This document shows, piece after piece, positions 10,541 to 19,288 of a stretch of DNA of 64,000 bases (within the stretch, counting starts at the first letter, position 1; every line of letters starts with the position of its first letter). Position numbers and translations under genes: made by a program. The notes under the pieces are model-generated. The model had not been told where the DNA came from. It did not search any database and saw only the letters and a program-made list of their open reading frames with translations. This DNA comes from a virus, in IMG/VR virus record IMGVR_UViG_3300050014_000899; one strand, written 5' to 3'.

Positions 10541-10768
10541 ATGAAAAATCTAGTTCCTCTTGTTCCTATTTCAAAAGTGTTCAGTATTATAGATTCATGT
10601 ACTAACACAGAACAATTAGCAGGATGTAAGAGATTAGCAACAGCTTATACTTCATTGGTTAAATCAAAAGGAGTTATTAATTCGGATTTAGTAGACGAAA
10701 CATTACAAATAAAGTTACAAGAGAAAAGAGAAGAAATAGAAATGTGTGAAAATTTTTACGCTAGGTAA
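10541..10768 (+). CDS. hypothetical protein
   Basis: ORF. Confidence 0.6.
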   Translation: MKNLVPLVPISKVFSIIDSCTNTEQLAGCKRLATAYTSLVKSKGVINSDLVDETLQIKLQEKREEIEMCENFYAR

Positions 10769-10824
10769 CAAAACTTTTCTACTTCTTGTGAGTATATACA
10801 TTACCAAACAACAAATTTTGTAAG

Positions 10825-10923
10825 ATGAAAAACTTCTTATCATATCAACCCTTAACATTAACCCTAACACAGGAGGAACAACTCCCATGTGGATTAGCGA
10901 AGGAGGAAATTGTGATATTTTAA
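10825..10923 (+). CDS. putative attenuator leader peptide 1 (MKNFLSYQPLTLTLTQEEQLPCGLAKEEIVIF)
   Basis: 32 codons followed by a terminator; codons match tRNA array 1. Confidence 0.6.
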   Translation: MKNFLSYQPLTLTLTQEEQLPCGLAKEEIVIF

Positions 10924-10951
10924 GTATTCATTACTACATTATATCTTATTC

Positions 10952-10983
10952 AAACCCTCCTCGGTCTTCCAAGGAGGGTTTTT
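10952..10983 (+). terminator. attenuator terminator 1
   Basis: AAACCCTCCT...AGGAGGGTTTTT hairpin; 5' arm can alternatively pair with CGAAGGAGG 10898-10906. Confidence 0.75.
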
Positions 10984-10986
10984 AAT

Positions 10987-11043
10987 TTTAACAAACTTTT
11001 AACGAAACAAATAATAGTTCTTTAAAATTTTTTAGTATATTTG
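10987..11043 (+). promoter_or_regulatory. promoter: TTTAAC direct repeat plus TATATTTG
   Basis: Repeat 10987-11003, -7 element 11036-11043. Confidence 0.7.
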
Positions 11044-11064
11044 CCATCTAATAACTATTTAAAA

Positions 11065-11391
11065 ATGGCAAAGAAAGATCATACACTATTAGAAATTGTG
11101 GATACCATTGCTGAATTATATCATGTAAGTCCACAAAATCTGCCGAACTTGATAGCTTCAGCGATTCAACGTATTCGGAAAGATCCCTCACGGGATGTTA
11201 AGGATGCTTTTATTTATGAAGGTGTTATTTTAACGACAGATGCAGAACTAATAGAACAAGCTATTTCAGAAGCAGGACTTTACGGTTTAGAAATCGAGGT
11301 CATGGCTTCAACAGTCCAATCGATATGGGAAGACCCCGAACTCGATTTATCAGTAGCTTTACAGTATGGTTTAAACGATTGGGATATTTGA
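11065..11391 (+). CDS. hypothetical protein
   Basis: ORF; ATG downstream of promoter. Confidence 0.7.
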   Translation: MAKKDHTLLEIVDTIAELYHVSPQNLPNLIASAIQRIRKDPSRDVKDAFIYEGVILTTDAELIEQAISEAGLYGLEIEVMASTVQSIWEDPELDLSVALQYGLNDWDI

Positions 11392-11418
11392 TGTGTTCAT
11401 ATTGATAATTTGAATTTC

Positions 11419-11452
11419 AAATCCCGGATCGTTAAAAAATTCGGGATTTTTT
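11419..11452 (+). terminator. intrinsic terminator
   Basis: AAATCCCGGA...TTCGGGATTTTTT. Confidence 0.65.
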
Positions 11453-11531
11453 GTCCCACGATCTTTGACGTATTGGCATTTAATCACAATATCATTCGAA
11501 CCTATCTAAATATATACAATAATAGGTTCGA

Positions 11532-12134
11532 ATGAAAAAATGTGAAAATTGTAATAAAGAGCATGATGGATCTTATGGATCCGGAAGATTTTGTTCTTCA
11601 AAATGTTCTAGAGGATTTAGTACAAAGAAAAAAAGAGCTGAAATAAACAAGCAGGTAAGTAAAAAAATTCAAGGAAGAATTTATAAAATCCCTTCAAATT
11701 TATGTTTATACTGCAATACTCCAACTCACACTAAATTTTGCTCTGTCGATTGTTATAAAGAATATCACAAAATGATTCGAACAGCATATGATAATTATAG
11801 AGTAAAGTGTCTTTTTAAGTTCAATGTATATGAATATCCTGATTATTTTGATTTGAAGTTGATAGAAAAACATGGCTGGTATTCCCCTACGAATAAAAAT
11901 AATAATTTAGATGGAATTTCTAGGGATCATTTATTTTCTGTTAAAGATGGATTTATTAATAATATAGATCCTTATTTAATATCGCATCCAGCAAATTGTA
12001 AATTAATAAAACATTTAGATAATCAAAAAAAATACTTTTATTCATCAATATCTCTGGAAGAATTAAAAAATCAAGTGGAAAATTTTAATGCACATGTGGC
12101 CGAGGGGTCCAAGGCACTGGTCTGCAAAACCTGA
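11532..12134 (+). CDS. HNH-like homing endonuclease with N-terminal Zn motif
   Basis: CENC.KEHDGSYGSGRFCS; SRDHLFSV...HPANC; 3' end overlaps tRNA-Cys. Confidence 0.7.
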   Translation: MKKCENCNKEHDGSYGSGRFCSSKCSRGFSTKKKRAEINKQVSKKIQGRIYKIPSNLCLYCNTPTHTKFCSVDCYKEYHKMIRTAYDNYRVKCLFKFNVYEYPDYFDLKLIEKHGWYSPTNKNNNLDGISRDHLFSVKDGFINNIDPYLISHPANCKLIKHLDNQKKYFYSSISLEELKNQVENFNAHVAEGSKALVCKT

Positions 12135-12164
12135 CAACCGTTGGTTCGAATCCAACCATGTGCT
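12090..12164 (+). tRNA. tRNA-Cys(GCA)
   Basis: GCACATG/CATGTGC acceptor, loop CTGCAAA, TTCGAAT T-loop, U73. Confidence 0.9.
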
Positions 12165-12176
12165 CAAATAAAAAAC

Positions 12177-12249
12177 AAGTTGTAGTAAGATAATAGCGTT
12201 ACTTCGAAACTGATTTGAAAAACACACGCTTGTTCAAATTTCTCAACTT
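12177..12249 (+). ncRNA. Y-RNA-like element A (minimal cargo)
   Basis: AAGTTG-TAGTAA...GTTACTTCG...AAAT-TTCT-CAACTT closing stem. Confidence 0.7.
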
Positions 12250-12257
12250 AAATTATA

Positions 12258-12375
12258 TGGGGAGCAATAACATGCTCTTTCGGTTTTCTTGGGCAACCAT
12301 AGTATGACTAGAGATACTTCGTAACTAGGATCAGTAAAATCTCAAAAGTTGGTGCAATTCCAGCCTCCCCCACCA
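12258..12375 (+). ncRNA. tRNA-like element with internal degenerate Y-like stem
   Basis: GGGGAG/CTCCCC acceptor, T-arm GTTGG-TGCAATT-CCAGC, ACCA end; internal TAGTAT...GATACTTCG. Confidence 0.5.
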
Positions 12376-12430
12376 AATGAAAGCAAGTTAAAAGTTCAAA
12401 CCGGGCAGAATCCGGATCTTGCTTATGAAT

Positions 12431-12592
12431 TAAACTGTAGTAAAGTCAAAAGTTACTTCGAAGCTTTGGGAGCCGGTGACCGCAAGGTCTTGAGGGTGCA
12501 AATCCTTCTACCCCCGCCATATTTTAAGGGGGTATGGTGAAATTAGTAAACACGCCGTATGAAAACACACTTTTAACAAATTTCTCAGTTTA
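12431..12592 (+). ncRNA. Y-RNA-like element B carrying a circularly permuted tRNA (TGG anticodon, long variable arm)
   Basis: Closing stem TAAACTG/CAGTTTA; order anticodon loop-V arm-T arm-TACCCCC-GCCA-linker-GGGGGTA-D arm. Confidence 0.8.
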
Positions 12593-12593
12593 T

Positions 12594-12665
12594 GCCTTCT
12601 TAGTTCTAAAGGTAAAATAGTTGACTTGTAATCATCAGTTATCAGTTCGATTCTGATAGAAGGCT
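12594..12665 (+). tRNA. tRNA-Thr(TGT)
   Basis: GCCTTCT/AGAAGGC, loop CTTGTAA. Confidence 0.85.
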
Positions 12666-12679
12666 CAAAAACATTAACA

Positions 12680-13060
12680 ATGAAAAATTGCGAGAATTGC
12701 GGTAAAATTCTTAATGACATTCGAAAAAAGTATTGCAATAATAAATGTCAAAAAGAACATGAATGGGAACTTAAGAAAGAAAGAATTAAGTTGGGCGAAA
12801 TAGAATCCCCTAAAGCTCTTAGAAGATTCACCATAGAAAGAGATGGAAAATCCTGCAAAATTTGCGGATTAGAAAAATGGAACGGTAAGGATATTCCTTT
12901 AGACATGGATCATATTGATGGAAATAATTCAAATAATTTTCCTATAAATTTAAGAATGATTTGTCCCAATTGTGATGCTCAAACAGATTTTTACAAAGGA
13001 AAAAACAAAGGAAGAGGCAGAGTATACAGAAGAAAACATCAAAATTGTCCCGTGGTGTAA
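12680..13060 (+). CDS. HNH endonuclease
   Basis: CKICG...DMDHIDGNNSNN...NLRMICPNCD. Confidence 0.9.
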   Translation: MKNCENCGKILNDIRKKYCNNKCQKEHEWELKKERIKLGEIESPKALRRFTIERDGKSCKICGLEKWNGKDIPLDMDHIDGNNSNNFPINLRMICPNCDAQTDFYKGKNKGRGRVYRRKHQNCPVV

Positions 13061-13119
13061 TTGGTTAACATATCTGACTTTGGATCAGATGAGTCTAGGT
13101 TCGAACCCTAGCGGGACAG
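13046..13119 (+). tRNA. tRNA-Gln(TTG)
   Basis: TGTCCCG/CGGGACA, loop CTTTGGA. Confidence 0.92.
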
Positions 13120-13129
13120 CAATAAAAAT

Positions 13130-13202
13130 CGAGGATGTGGTGTAACCCGGCAGCACATATGCTTTGGGAGCATAGGGCACAGTTCGAATCTGGCATCCTC
13201 GA
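13130..13202 (+). tRNA. tRNA-Pro(TGG)
   Basis: CGAGGATG/CATCCTCG, loop TTTGGGA. Confidence 0.85.
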
Positions 13203-13263
13203 CAATTTGAAACTAGTTTGTAGAACTTTTTACATAGTTACGTATATAAAATGAAAAGTAACT

Positions 13264-13773
13264 ATGGAATGCAAAAATTGTCAAAAAGAACATGATGGAA
13301 CTTATGGCTCCGGCTTCTTTTGTTCCGTCGAATGTGCTAGAGGATTTAGTCATAAACATTTTACATTAACAGACGATCAAAAACAAAATATTAGTAAAGC
13401 TCTTGAAAAAAGATGGAGGGATAATGATTTTAAAAATATTGATTGGGTTTTATCAGGAGCTAAAGGATCCTCAGGGAAATATAAAAAACCTGAAAATCTT
13501 CTTCAAGTAAGTTCCCGTACCATTGGCAAAATATTTTTAAGATTATTAAAAGAAGAAGGATTTGGATGTTCGAGATGTGGATGGAAAGAGGGTATTGGTG
13601 ATTTGCATCATATAAATGGTAAAAAAATTGAAAACCCAGATCATCATCAAAATTTGTCTTATTTATGCCCTAATTGCCATAGATTGGTTCATCAAAAAAA
13701 GATTGATAAAAACTCCTTAGTTTCTTTGGAAAAACAAATAGGAGATAAATGGAAAAAGTATTATTTTGGATAA
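13264..13773 (+). CDS. HNH endonuclease with N-terminal Zn motif
   Basis: CSRCGW...DLHHING...NLSYLCPNCH. Confidence 0.88.
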   Translation: MECKNCQKEHDGTYGSGFFCSVECARGFSHKHFTLTDDQKQNISKALEKRWRDNDFKNIDWVLSGAKGSSGKYKKPENLLQVSSRTIGKIFLRLLKEEGFGCSRCGWKEGIGDLHHINGKKIENPDHHQNLSYLCPNCHRLVHQKKIDKNSLVSLEKQIGDKWKKYYFG

Positions 13774-13776
13774 TTT

Positions 13777-13848
13777 GCCGACGATCCAGGGAGAAGCTGA
13801 GTCTGTAAAACTCTCGCTCGTTAGTGGTTCGAGATCCACCCGGCGGCA
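13777..13848 (+). tRNA. atypical tRNA, GTA anticodon (Tyr)
   Basis: GCCGACG/CGGCGGC, loop CTGTAAA; weak D arm, enlarged T-loop. Confidence 0.5.
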
Positions 13849-13855
13849 CAAAAAA

Positions 13856-14028
13856 GCGGGTATGGCGAAATGGGTAAACGCCCCTGTTTAGTAGTCTAAT
13901 TTGAATTCTAGAACAGTCAGTTTAGATGAGGAACGGGAGTTCAGCCAGAGAAAAATTGCTCAAGTGATCATGAGAGTGAAATTTCGATGGGAGATCTGAA
14001 ATTCGAGGTTCGATGCCTCGTACCCGCA
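13856..14028 (+). tRNA. tRNA-Leu(GAG)-like with anticodon-loop insertion and enlarged variable arm
   Basis: GCGGGTA/TACCCGC, Leu-type D arm; CCTGT-TT[~37 nt]GAGGA-ACGGG. Confidence 0.6.
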
Positions 14029-14244
14029 CAAAAAATCCAAGGAATTTATTCCCAAGGTAAACGTGTTAGAAAGCGTTTAATAATAAGGTGCGCCACCATT
14101 GAGGGGCGAGTGCCGCCTGGCTACCCATCAGGACTTTAGAAGATAATTTAAACCACCGCAGTTGATTTTTAAATTAGGAGGGGATAGTGGCGCTACAATG
14201 TTCTCTTAAACAGGCCGTCCGGCCTTATCCTAATCTTTTTACAC

Positions 14245-14317
14245 TGTCCTTTAGCGTAATTGGCAACGCGTCTGACTCTGGATCAGGAGACTCTAGGTTC
14301 GAGCCCTAGAAGGACAA
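14245..14317 (+). tRNA. tRNA-Gln(CTG)
   Basis: TGTCCTT/AAGGACA, loop CTCTGGA. Confidence 0.92.
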
Positions 14318-14478
14318 CATAAGCCGTTTCGGGGTTAAAGGTTAAGGACACCCCTGCGGGAGAGAACACGGGATTCACTGATTGTTGATATAATCAGGGT
14401 TCTCTTGACAAAAAAACCGATCAATCATCGCTAATCGGATTGATAAAGTCTGCAGTAGGACGAGGCTACCTACTAACT

Positions 14479-14553
14479 CGGGATGTTCCACAGATGGCTA
14501 CATGGGCTGGTTCCGGAGACCAGTGTTCTTGGGTTCGAATCCCAATATCCCGA
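14479..14553 (+). tRNA. tRNA-Pro(CGG), atypical (C33, A37)
   Basis: CGGGATG/TATCCCG, loop TCCGGAG. Confidence 0.7.
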
Positions 14554-14562
14554 CAAATTTCC

Positions 14563-14645
14563 GCGGATGTGGTGGAATGGTAGACACGCATGGCTTAGGA
14601 CCATGTGCTAGTGATAGCGTGGGGGTTCGAGTCCCTTCATCCGTA
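14563..14645 (+). tRNA. tRNA-Leu(TAG)
   Basis: Class II, loop CTTAGGA. Confidence 0.92.
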
Positions 14646-14693
14646 CAAAACTTTAATGGTAGACAAGCATATAATAATCAAAACTTGTTTACC

Positions 14694-15113
14694 ATGGATA
14701 AAGAAAAAATAATCGAATCTTGCAAAAGTTCTTTGACAATGGCTGAAGCTGCTAAAAAAGCAGGCATTCCCCATATGACTTTTAAAAGATATGCAATCCA
14801 ATTAGGAGTTTATAAACCTAATCAAGCTGGAATAGGAACATATCGACCTATTACTCCTTTAGAAGATGTATTTTCTGGAAAAGCTAAAATGAGATCCTAT
14901 AATGTTAAATCTCGTCTTATCAGAGAGGGATATAAAGATGGAAAATGTGAAGAATGTCATCTTGATGAATGGAATGGCAAATCTTTAGTTATGGAACTTC
15001 ATCATAAAGATGGAAATAATAGAAACTCAAAATTAGAAAATTTACAAATATTATGTCCTAATTGTCATAGTCAAACTCCGACTTTTAGAAGACAAACAAC
15101 AAAACAACAGTAG
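14694..15113 (+). CDS. HNH endonuclease
   Basis: CEECH...ELHHKDGNNRN...NLQILCPNCHSQT; the upstream in-frame extension is tRNA sequence. Confidence 0.9.
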   Translation: MDKEKIIESCKSSLTMAEAAKKAGIPHMTFKRYAIQLGVYKPNQAGIGTYRPITPLEDVFSGKAKMRSYNVKSRLIREGYKDGKCEECHLDEWNGKSLVMELHHKDGNNRNSKLENLQILCPNCHSQTPTFRRQTTKQQ

Positions 15114-15228
15114 TAACTTAGAGGGTTACATCGCAAATGGTAAAGCAACTAGTCCGAAAAACTGGTGACAGAAATGTCATTTTGGGTTCAAGTCCCAATG
15201 TAAATCGCTCTCTAAAATTTTCTCTGTT
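15106..15228 (+). ncRNA. Y-RNA-like element C carrying a Ser-like tRNA body without a free acceptor end
   Basis: AACAG-TAGTAA...GTTACATCG, D, anticodon (CCGAAAA), V and T arms, ...TTCT-CTGTT. Confidence 0.75.
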
Positions 15229-15233
15229 ATTTT

Positions 15234-15317
15234 GCTCCTGTGGTGGAATTGGTAGACACGGTAGCCTTAAGAGCTACTGCCTCAACAGGCGTGTAGGTTC
15301 GAGTCCTATCAGGAGTA
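15234..15317 (+). tRNA. tRNA-Leu(TAA)
   Basis: Class II, loop CTTAAGA. Confidence 0.92.
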
Positions 15318-15322
15318 CAATT

Positions 15323-15397
15323 CGAGATGTTATGCAGATGGCTATACAACAGCGCTCTGGAAGCGTTGGTTCGTGGGTTCGAATCCCACTATCTCGA
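15323..15397 (+). tRNA. tRNA-Pro(TGG), atypical (C33, A37)
   Basis: CGAGATG/TATCTCG, loop TCTGGAA; paralogue of 14479. Confidence 0.65.
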
Positions 15398-15402
15398 CAA
15401 AA

Positions 15403-15475
15403 CGGAATGTGGCGCAGTTGGTAGCGTACTAGCATGGGGTGCTAGGGGTCGTGGATTCGAGTTCCACCATTCCGA
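15403..15475 (+). tRNA. tRNA-Pro(GGG)
   Basis: CGGAATG/CATTCCG, loop ATGGGGT. Confidence 0.9.
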
Positions 15476-15855
15476 CTAAACTTTAACGAATAATATTTTT
15501 TTCCTAAGGAATTTAATTGTATATTTGTCCCATAGATAAAGAAGAAGGAAACCAAGGATCATCTTTGAGTAATCAGAATGAAGCCTTGCTGCAGACCCCA
15601 AATTTTTTAAAGCGCAAAAGGCAGCAGTTACTCCTGAATGAAGCTCTCGGGCGAAGGAATACACGGGTTTAACGGAAACGTATCAGGCTTTATTTATTTT
15701 TAAGATCTTTGAAAAAATTAAAAATATTCGTACCTGTCAATCAGGATCCACTTCCCAGATTTAGGAGACTGGGCTGCCGATAGATTGCAACCTTCGGTAA
15801 ACAAAACTCTACCAGGAACTAATCCACCTGGGGGTTGAATGAGTACGATAATCAT

Positions 15856-16090
15856 TTAAGAAGCTCCAATTGAAGAGATCTGCGGTCGCCAAACCTTGGC
15901 CAACATGATCGTCCATAGGGACTACTGGAGGCGGTATAATCGACGGGACATCTCGTTAGGGAAACCCAACAATGGTTATACAGCATGTGGAAGGTAGGAT
16001 ACCAGGCTTCAACCCCATCGCGCAGTCTTCGGACATCGGGGTTTAGTTCCAAGAGTAAAGGGATGTGAGGACTAATTGGTACTTCTTAAT
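15856..16090 (+). ncRNA. unassigned structured ncRNA
   Basis: GC-rich; ends pair (TTAAGAAG/CTTCTTAA, CCAATT/AATTGG); internal GAAA and TTCG tetraloop hairpins. Confidence 0.5.
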
Positions 16091-16092
16091 TT

Positions 16093-16173
16093 GGCGACGT
16101 TGAGCAATTGGTTGGCTCGCCTGACTGTAGATCAGGTCCTTCGGGCTTGGGGGTTCGAGTCCCTCCGGCGCCA
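16093..16173 (+). tRNA. tRNA-Tyr(GTA)
   Basis: Class II, loop CTGTAGA. Confidence 0.9.
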
Positions 16174-16175
16174 CA

Positions 16176-16508
16176 ATGGAAAACAGAAGTTTAGAAACGA
16201 TATGGGGTAACATTGACTATACCTATATTAAAGACGAAACATATCCAAACGGATTGTTGGTTCTTAATGGATCAATAGTTCATAAGGAATGGAGGGGAAC
16301 CGGAAAATTTAAAGAGATGTTGAGAATGTTATTCTTTCAATATCCGGAAGGAACAGAATTACAAGCTGCTGTAATAAGCAGTAAATTAAGCCCATTATTT
16401 GAAAGGATGAAATTTGTAAGAGTAAAACGAATTGAAATCTGGGGCGAATGTGCCAATACAAAGAAATTTAAAGGATACATTTATAAAGGTATCCAAAACG
16501 ATATTTAA
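16176..16508 (+). CDS. hypothetical protein (possible GNAT fold)
   Basis: VHKEWRGTG resembles the acetyl-CoA binding motif. Confidence 0.55.
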   Translation: MENRSLETIWGNIDYTYIKDETYPNGLLVLNGSIVHKEWRGTGKFKEMLRMLFFQYPEGTELQAAVISSKLSPLFERMKFVRVKRIEIWGECANTKKFKGYIYKGIQNDI

Positions 16509-16749
16509 AGAAGCTGCCTCGTTTAAGTGTTATCCATGCAGCAAAAGCACGTCAGCAACTTACGGAGCTGAAGGTCCGGTCATCATGGATCCCCGGGAAA
16601 CGAGCGAATATTGAAAAGAAGAGGGCTGATAAAGCGACTTCAATAGAAGCGTTGAAACAGCTGAAGAACCGGTTGGGGTTCTTGGGATAGTCTTAATGAA
16701 AGTTAAGTTCCCGGTGAGTACTCGTTCAAGAGGTTTTCTGAAATCAAAT

Positions 16750-16830
16750 GTTGCGTTATACAAGCGGTCAAAGTGGCCAGACCTTCAATCTGGTTCTTAC
16801 GATTCGCGGGTTCGAATCCCGCACGCAATA
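16750..16830 (+). tRNA. tRNA-Glu(TTC), atypical (C33, long variable loop)
   Basis: GTTGCGT/ACGCAAT, CCAGA-CCTTCAA-TCTGG. Confidence 0.7.
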
Positions 16831-17009
16831 CAAAGTAATAGTGTAAGAAACCCCAAAGCACAAAGGAGTCATGACTGGAGTGTAAGTAGGTACGAGTTCC
16901 AATTACGTTTTTGATTTGTGTACAGAATTAAACTCGGAGCTATTGGAAAATGTGAAAGCACAACAGGAGATCCCTGGCGGGTCCGGTAGAATTCCGGTTA
17001 CTTTACGAC

Positions 17010-17097
17010 GCTCAGATGGTGGAATTGGTAGACACGTTGGTTCGAGGGGCCAATGCTCGTAATGGGTTTGGGGGTTCGACTCCCCCTCTGGGTACCA
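17010..17097 (+). tRNA. tRNA-Leu(GAG) (C33)
   Basis: Class II, loop TCGAGGG, encoded CCA. Confidence 0.85.
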
Positions 17098-17122
17098 ATA
17101 TATAGATAAAATAAGCATCTAT

Positions 17123-17491
17123 ATGAAAAAACAAATTAGGATTGATAGGGAGAAAGAAACTCCTGGCGTTCTTTTCCAAATTGAAACAGGGGAACTTGAA
17201 ATTAAAGGAAGATCATTTCCAGCAGAAGGGGATACATTTTATAAACCTATCATAGAAGCTGTAGACGATGTTACTTCCGATAGTATTACAGTAAAACTTG
17301 AATTTGAATATGCCAATACTTCTACTGTTCGAGAAATTGTTAAACTTCTTAAAAAAGTTAAAGCAGCGAACAAAAAATCAAAAGTCATCTTTGTTTATGA
17401 AGAAGGGGACAATGATATGCAAGAATTTGGTGAAGATCTAGAATCAGTTTCGGGATTACCATTTGTTTATGTGATTAATCCTGAAGACTAA
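17123..17491 (+). CDS. SiaC / DUF1987 family protein
   Basis: TPGV.F...LEIKGRSFP...FYKPI...EYANTST...YEEGD.DMQE.GED. Confidence 0.8.
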   Translation: MKKQIRIDREKETPGVLFQIETGELEIKGRSFPAEGDTFYKPIIEAVDDVTSDSITVKLEFEYANTSTVREIVKLLKKVKAANKKSKVIFVYEEGDNDMQEFGEDLESVSGLPFVYVINPED

Positions 17492-17586
17492 GATATACCT
17501 GGCGCATCTCTACGGGAATCGGCCGATTTCCAAAACGATGTATGGGTTGACCTTGATAACACTTCGGCCGAGGGGTTAAAGGGGAA

Positions 17587-17657
17587 TTTTCGGTAGTTTA
17601 GTGGCAGAACACCCGCTGCGAAAGCGGGGGACATGGGTTCGAATCCCATTCGGAGAG
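17587..17657 (+). tRNA. atypical tRNA, CGA anticodon (Ser?), short variable loop
   Basis: D and T arms canonical; loop TGCGAAA; weak acceptor stem. Confidence 0.45.
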
Positions 17658-17663
17658 CAATAT

Positions 17664-17737
17664 GCTCGGTTCTTCTAGTGGTAGGAAGGGTGCTTCTCAG
17701 GCATCAGACAAGGATTCGATTTCCTTACCGAGTACCA
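17664..17737 (+). tRNA. tRNA-Glu(CTC)
   Basis: GCTCGGT/ACCGAGT, loop TTCTCAG, CCA. Confidence 0.88.
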
Positions 17738-17780
17738 CCTTTTTCGCCTCGTTTTGACGGATATATAAATAAAATATATC

Positions 17781-18419
17781 ATGCCAAGACGAGAGAAAAA
17801 TAAATTTAATTTTATTTATAAAACTACTAGCTTAATTAATGGTAGATTTTATATAGGTATGCATTCAACAAATACTTTGGAAGATGGATATTTGGGATCT
17901 GGAAAACTTTTAAGATATTCTGTAAAAAAATATGGATCAGAAAATCATAAAATTGAAAGATTAGAGTTCTTTGAAGATCGAATAAAATTAGCAGAAAGAG
18001 AATCTGAAATTGTAAATGAGAGTCTTTTGAAAGATCCTTTATGCATGAATTTAGGATTAGGGGGTCAAGGAGGAATTCTTAATGAAGAACATTCTAAAAA
18101 TCTTAGACATGGTGCTTCCATTTTTTTAAAAAATCAATGGAAAGAAAATTATAAAAAGATGTGTCAGCAAAATTCAGAAAAAGTTAAAATAGCTCATAAA
18201 AATGGATCTTTGCGATACGATAATATGCTGGGAAAACATCATTCAGAAGAATCTAAAAAGAATATTGGTAAGAGCAATTCGGTATCTCAAAAAGGAGAAA
18301 AAAATTCTCAATTTGGTACATGCTGGATTATTCGATCAAATGAAAACAAAAAAATTAATTTATCAGAATTAGAATCCTATTTATCTCAAGGTTGGATAAA
18401 AGGAAGAAAATTAAAATGA
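17781..18419 (+). CDS. GIY-YIG (Seg-like) homing endonuclease
   Basis: FIYKTT...YIGMH...YLGSG; NUMOD3 GKHHSEESK. Confidence 0.9.
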   Translation: MPRREKNKFNFIYKTTSLINGRFYIGMHSTNTLEDGYLGSGKLLRYSVKKYGSENHKIERLEFFEDRIKLAERESEIVNESLLKDPLCMNLGLGGQGGILNEEHSKNLRHGASIFLKNQWKENYKKMCQQNSEKVKIAHKNGSLRYDNMLGKHHSEESKKNIGKSNSVSQKGEKNSQFGTCWIIRSNENKKINLSELESYLSQGWIKGRKLK

Positions 18420-18423
18420 TAAT

Positions 18424-18498
18424 GGCCCGTTCGTCTAGATGGCTCAGGACATCGCCCTTTCACGGCGGAGATCATGGATTCGAATTCCATACGGGCTA
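18424..18498 (+). tRNA. tRNA-Glu(TTC)
   Basis: GGCCCGT/ACGGGCT, loop CTTTCAC. Confidence 0.93.
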
Positions 18499-18652
18499 CA
18501 CATCATAGCCCTATCAAGAAGCTGTTGATAGACCACTTTGCCATCATTCCATCAAAGACAGGAGTGTCCCAAATTGGGGTTAAAGGAAATAAGACAAGGT
18601 TATGATTATTTTTGCAATACTCTAACGCGTTTGCGAGATATATAAAGTAAAA

Positions 18653-19285
18653 ATGTATATTTGTAAATGTGGAAGAGAATTTGAAACTCCAAATTCGTTA
18701 AATGCTCATTATTCTCATTGTTTAATTTATAGAGAGGGTAAAGATCCAATTAACAGATTTAAAGGAAAAGAAAATTGGAATAAAGGATTATCCAAAAAAT
18801 TAGACAAGAGGGTTTCCCAAAATGGCAAAAGTTTATCCGATAATTTTAAATCAGGTAAAACAATTCCCGGATTTTTAGGAAAACATCATGATAAGGAAAC
18901 AAAAGAGAATCTTAGTTTAAAACAATCCCTTCATCCTTCTGGGGGAATATGCAAATGGATTGAATATAAAAAGAAGGACGGAAGTGTTATACATCTTCAA
19001 GGAACTTGGGAAGTTAAATTTGCAGAATATTTGGATTCTAATAATGTTGAATGGGTAAAGCCTGGATGCGGCAAATTAATTTATTCTTTTTTCTGGATAG
19101 ATGATTTAGGAATAAGAAGAACATATACCCCGGATTTTTATGTTTTTGATTGGAAGAAATATTTTGAGATTAAGGGATATTGGAGAGAAAAGGATAAGAT
19201 CAAAATGAAAAAAGTTTTAGAACAAAATAAAATTAATCTTCAAATTATTGAAAAGAAGGGGATGAAAGAATTGAATTTAATTTAA
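18653..19285 (+). CDS. PD-(D/E)XK (TnsA-like) endonuclease with NUMOD3
   Basis: GTWE.KFA; YTPDFYV...EIKG. Confidence 0.75.
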   Translation: MYICKCGREFETPNSLNAHYSHCLIYREGKDPINRFKGKENWNKGLSKKLDKRVSQNGKSLSDNFKSGKTIPGFLGKHHDKETKENLSLKQSLHPSGGICKWIEYKKKDGSVIHLQGTWEVKFAEYLDSNNVEWVKPGCGKLIYSFFWIDDLGIRRTYTPDFYVFDWKKYFEIKGYWREKDKIKMKKVLEQNKINLQIIEKKGMKELNLI

Positions 19286-19288
19286 CAC

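Noticed and set aside
12258-12375. tmRNA
   Set aside because: Far too short, no tag ORF and no G3:U70 pair.
14502-14693. N-terminal extension of the HNH ORF, and other ORFs over RNA genes (12349, 15137, 16696, 20645, 59934, 61845, 62670 etc.)
   Set aside because: These are translations of tRNA/ncRNA sequence.
15535-17004. Group I intron, RNase P RNA or SRP RNA
   Set aside because: No recognisable core motifs by eye; left as unassigned ncRNA pending an Rfam scan.
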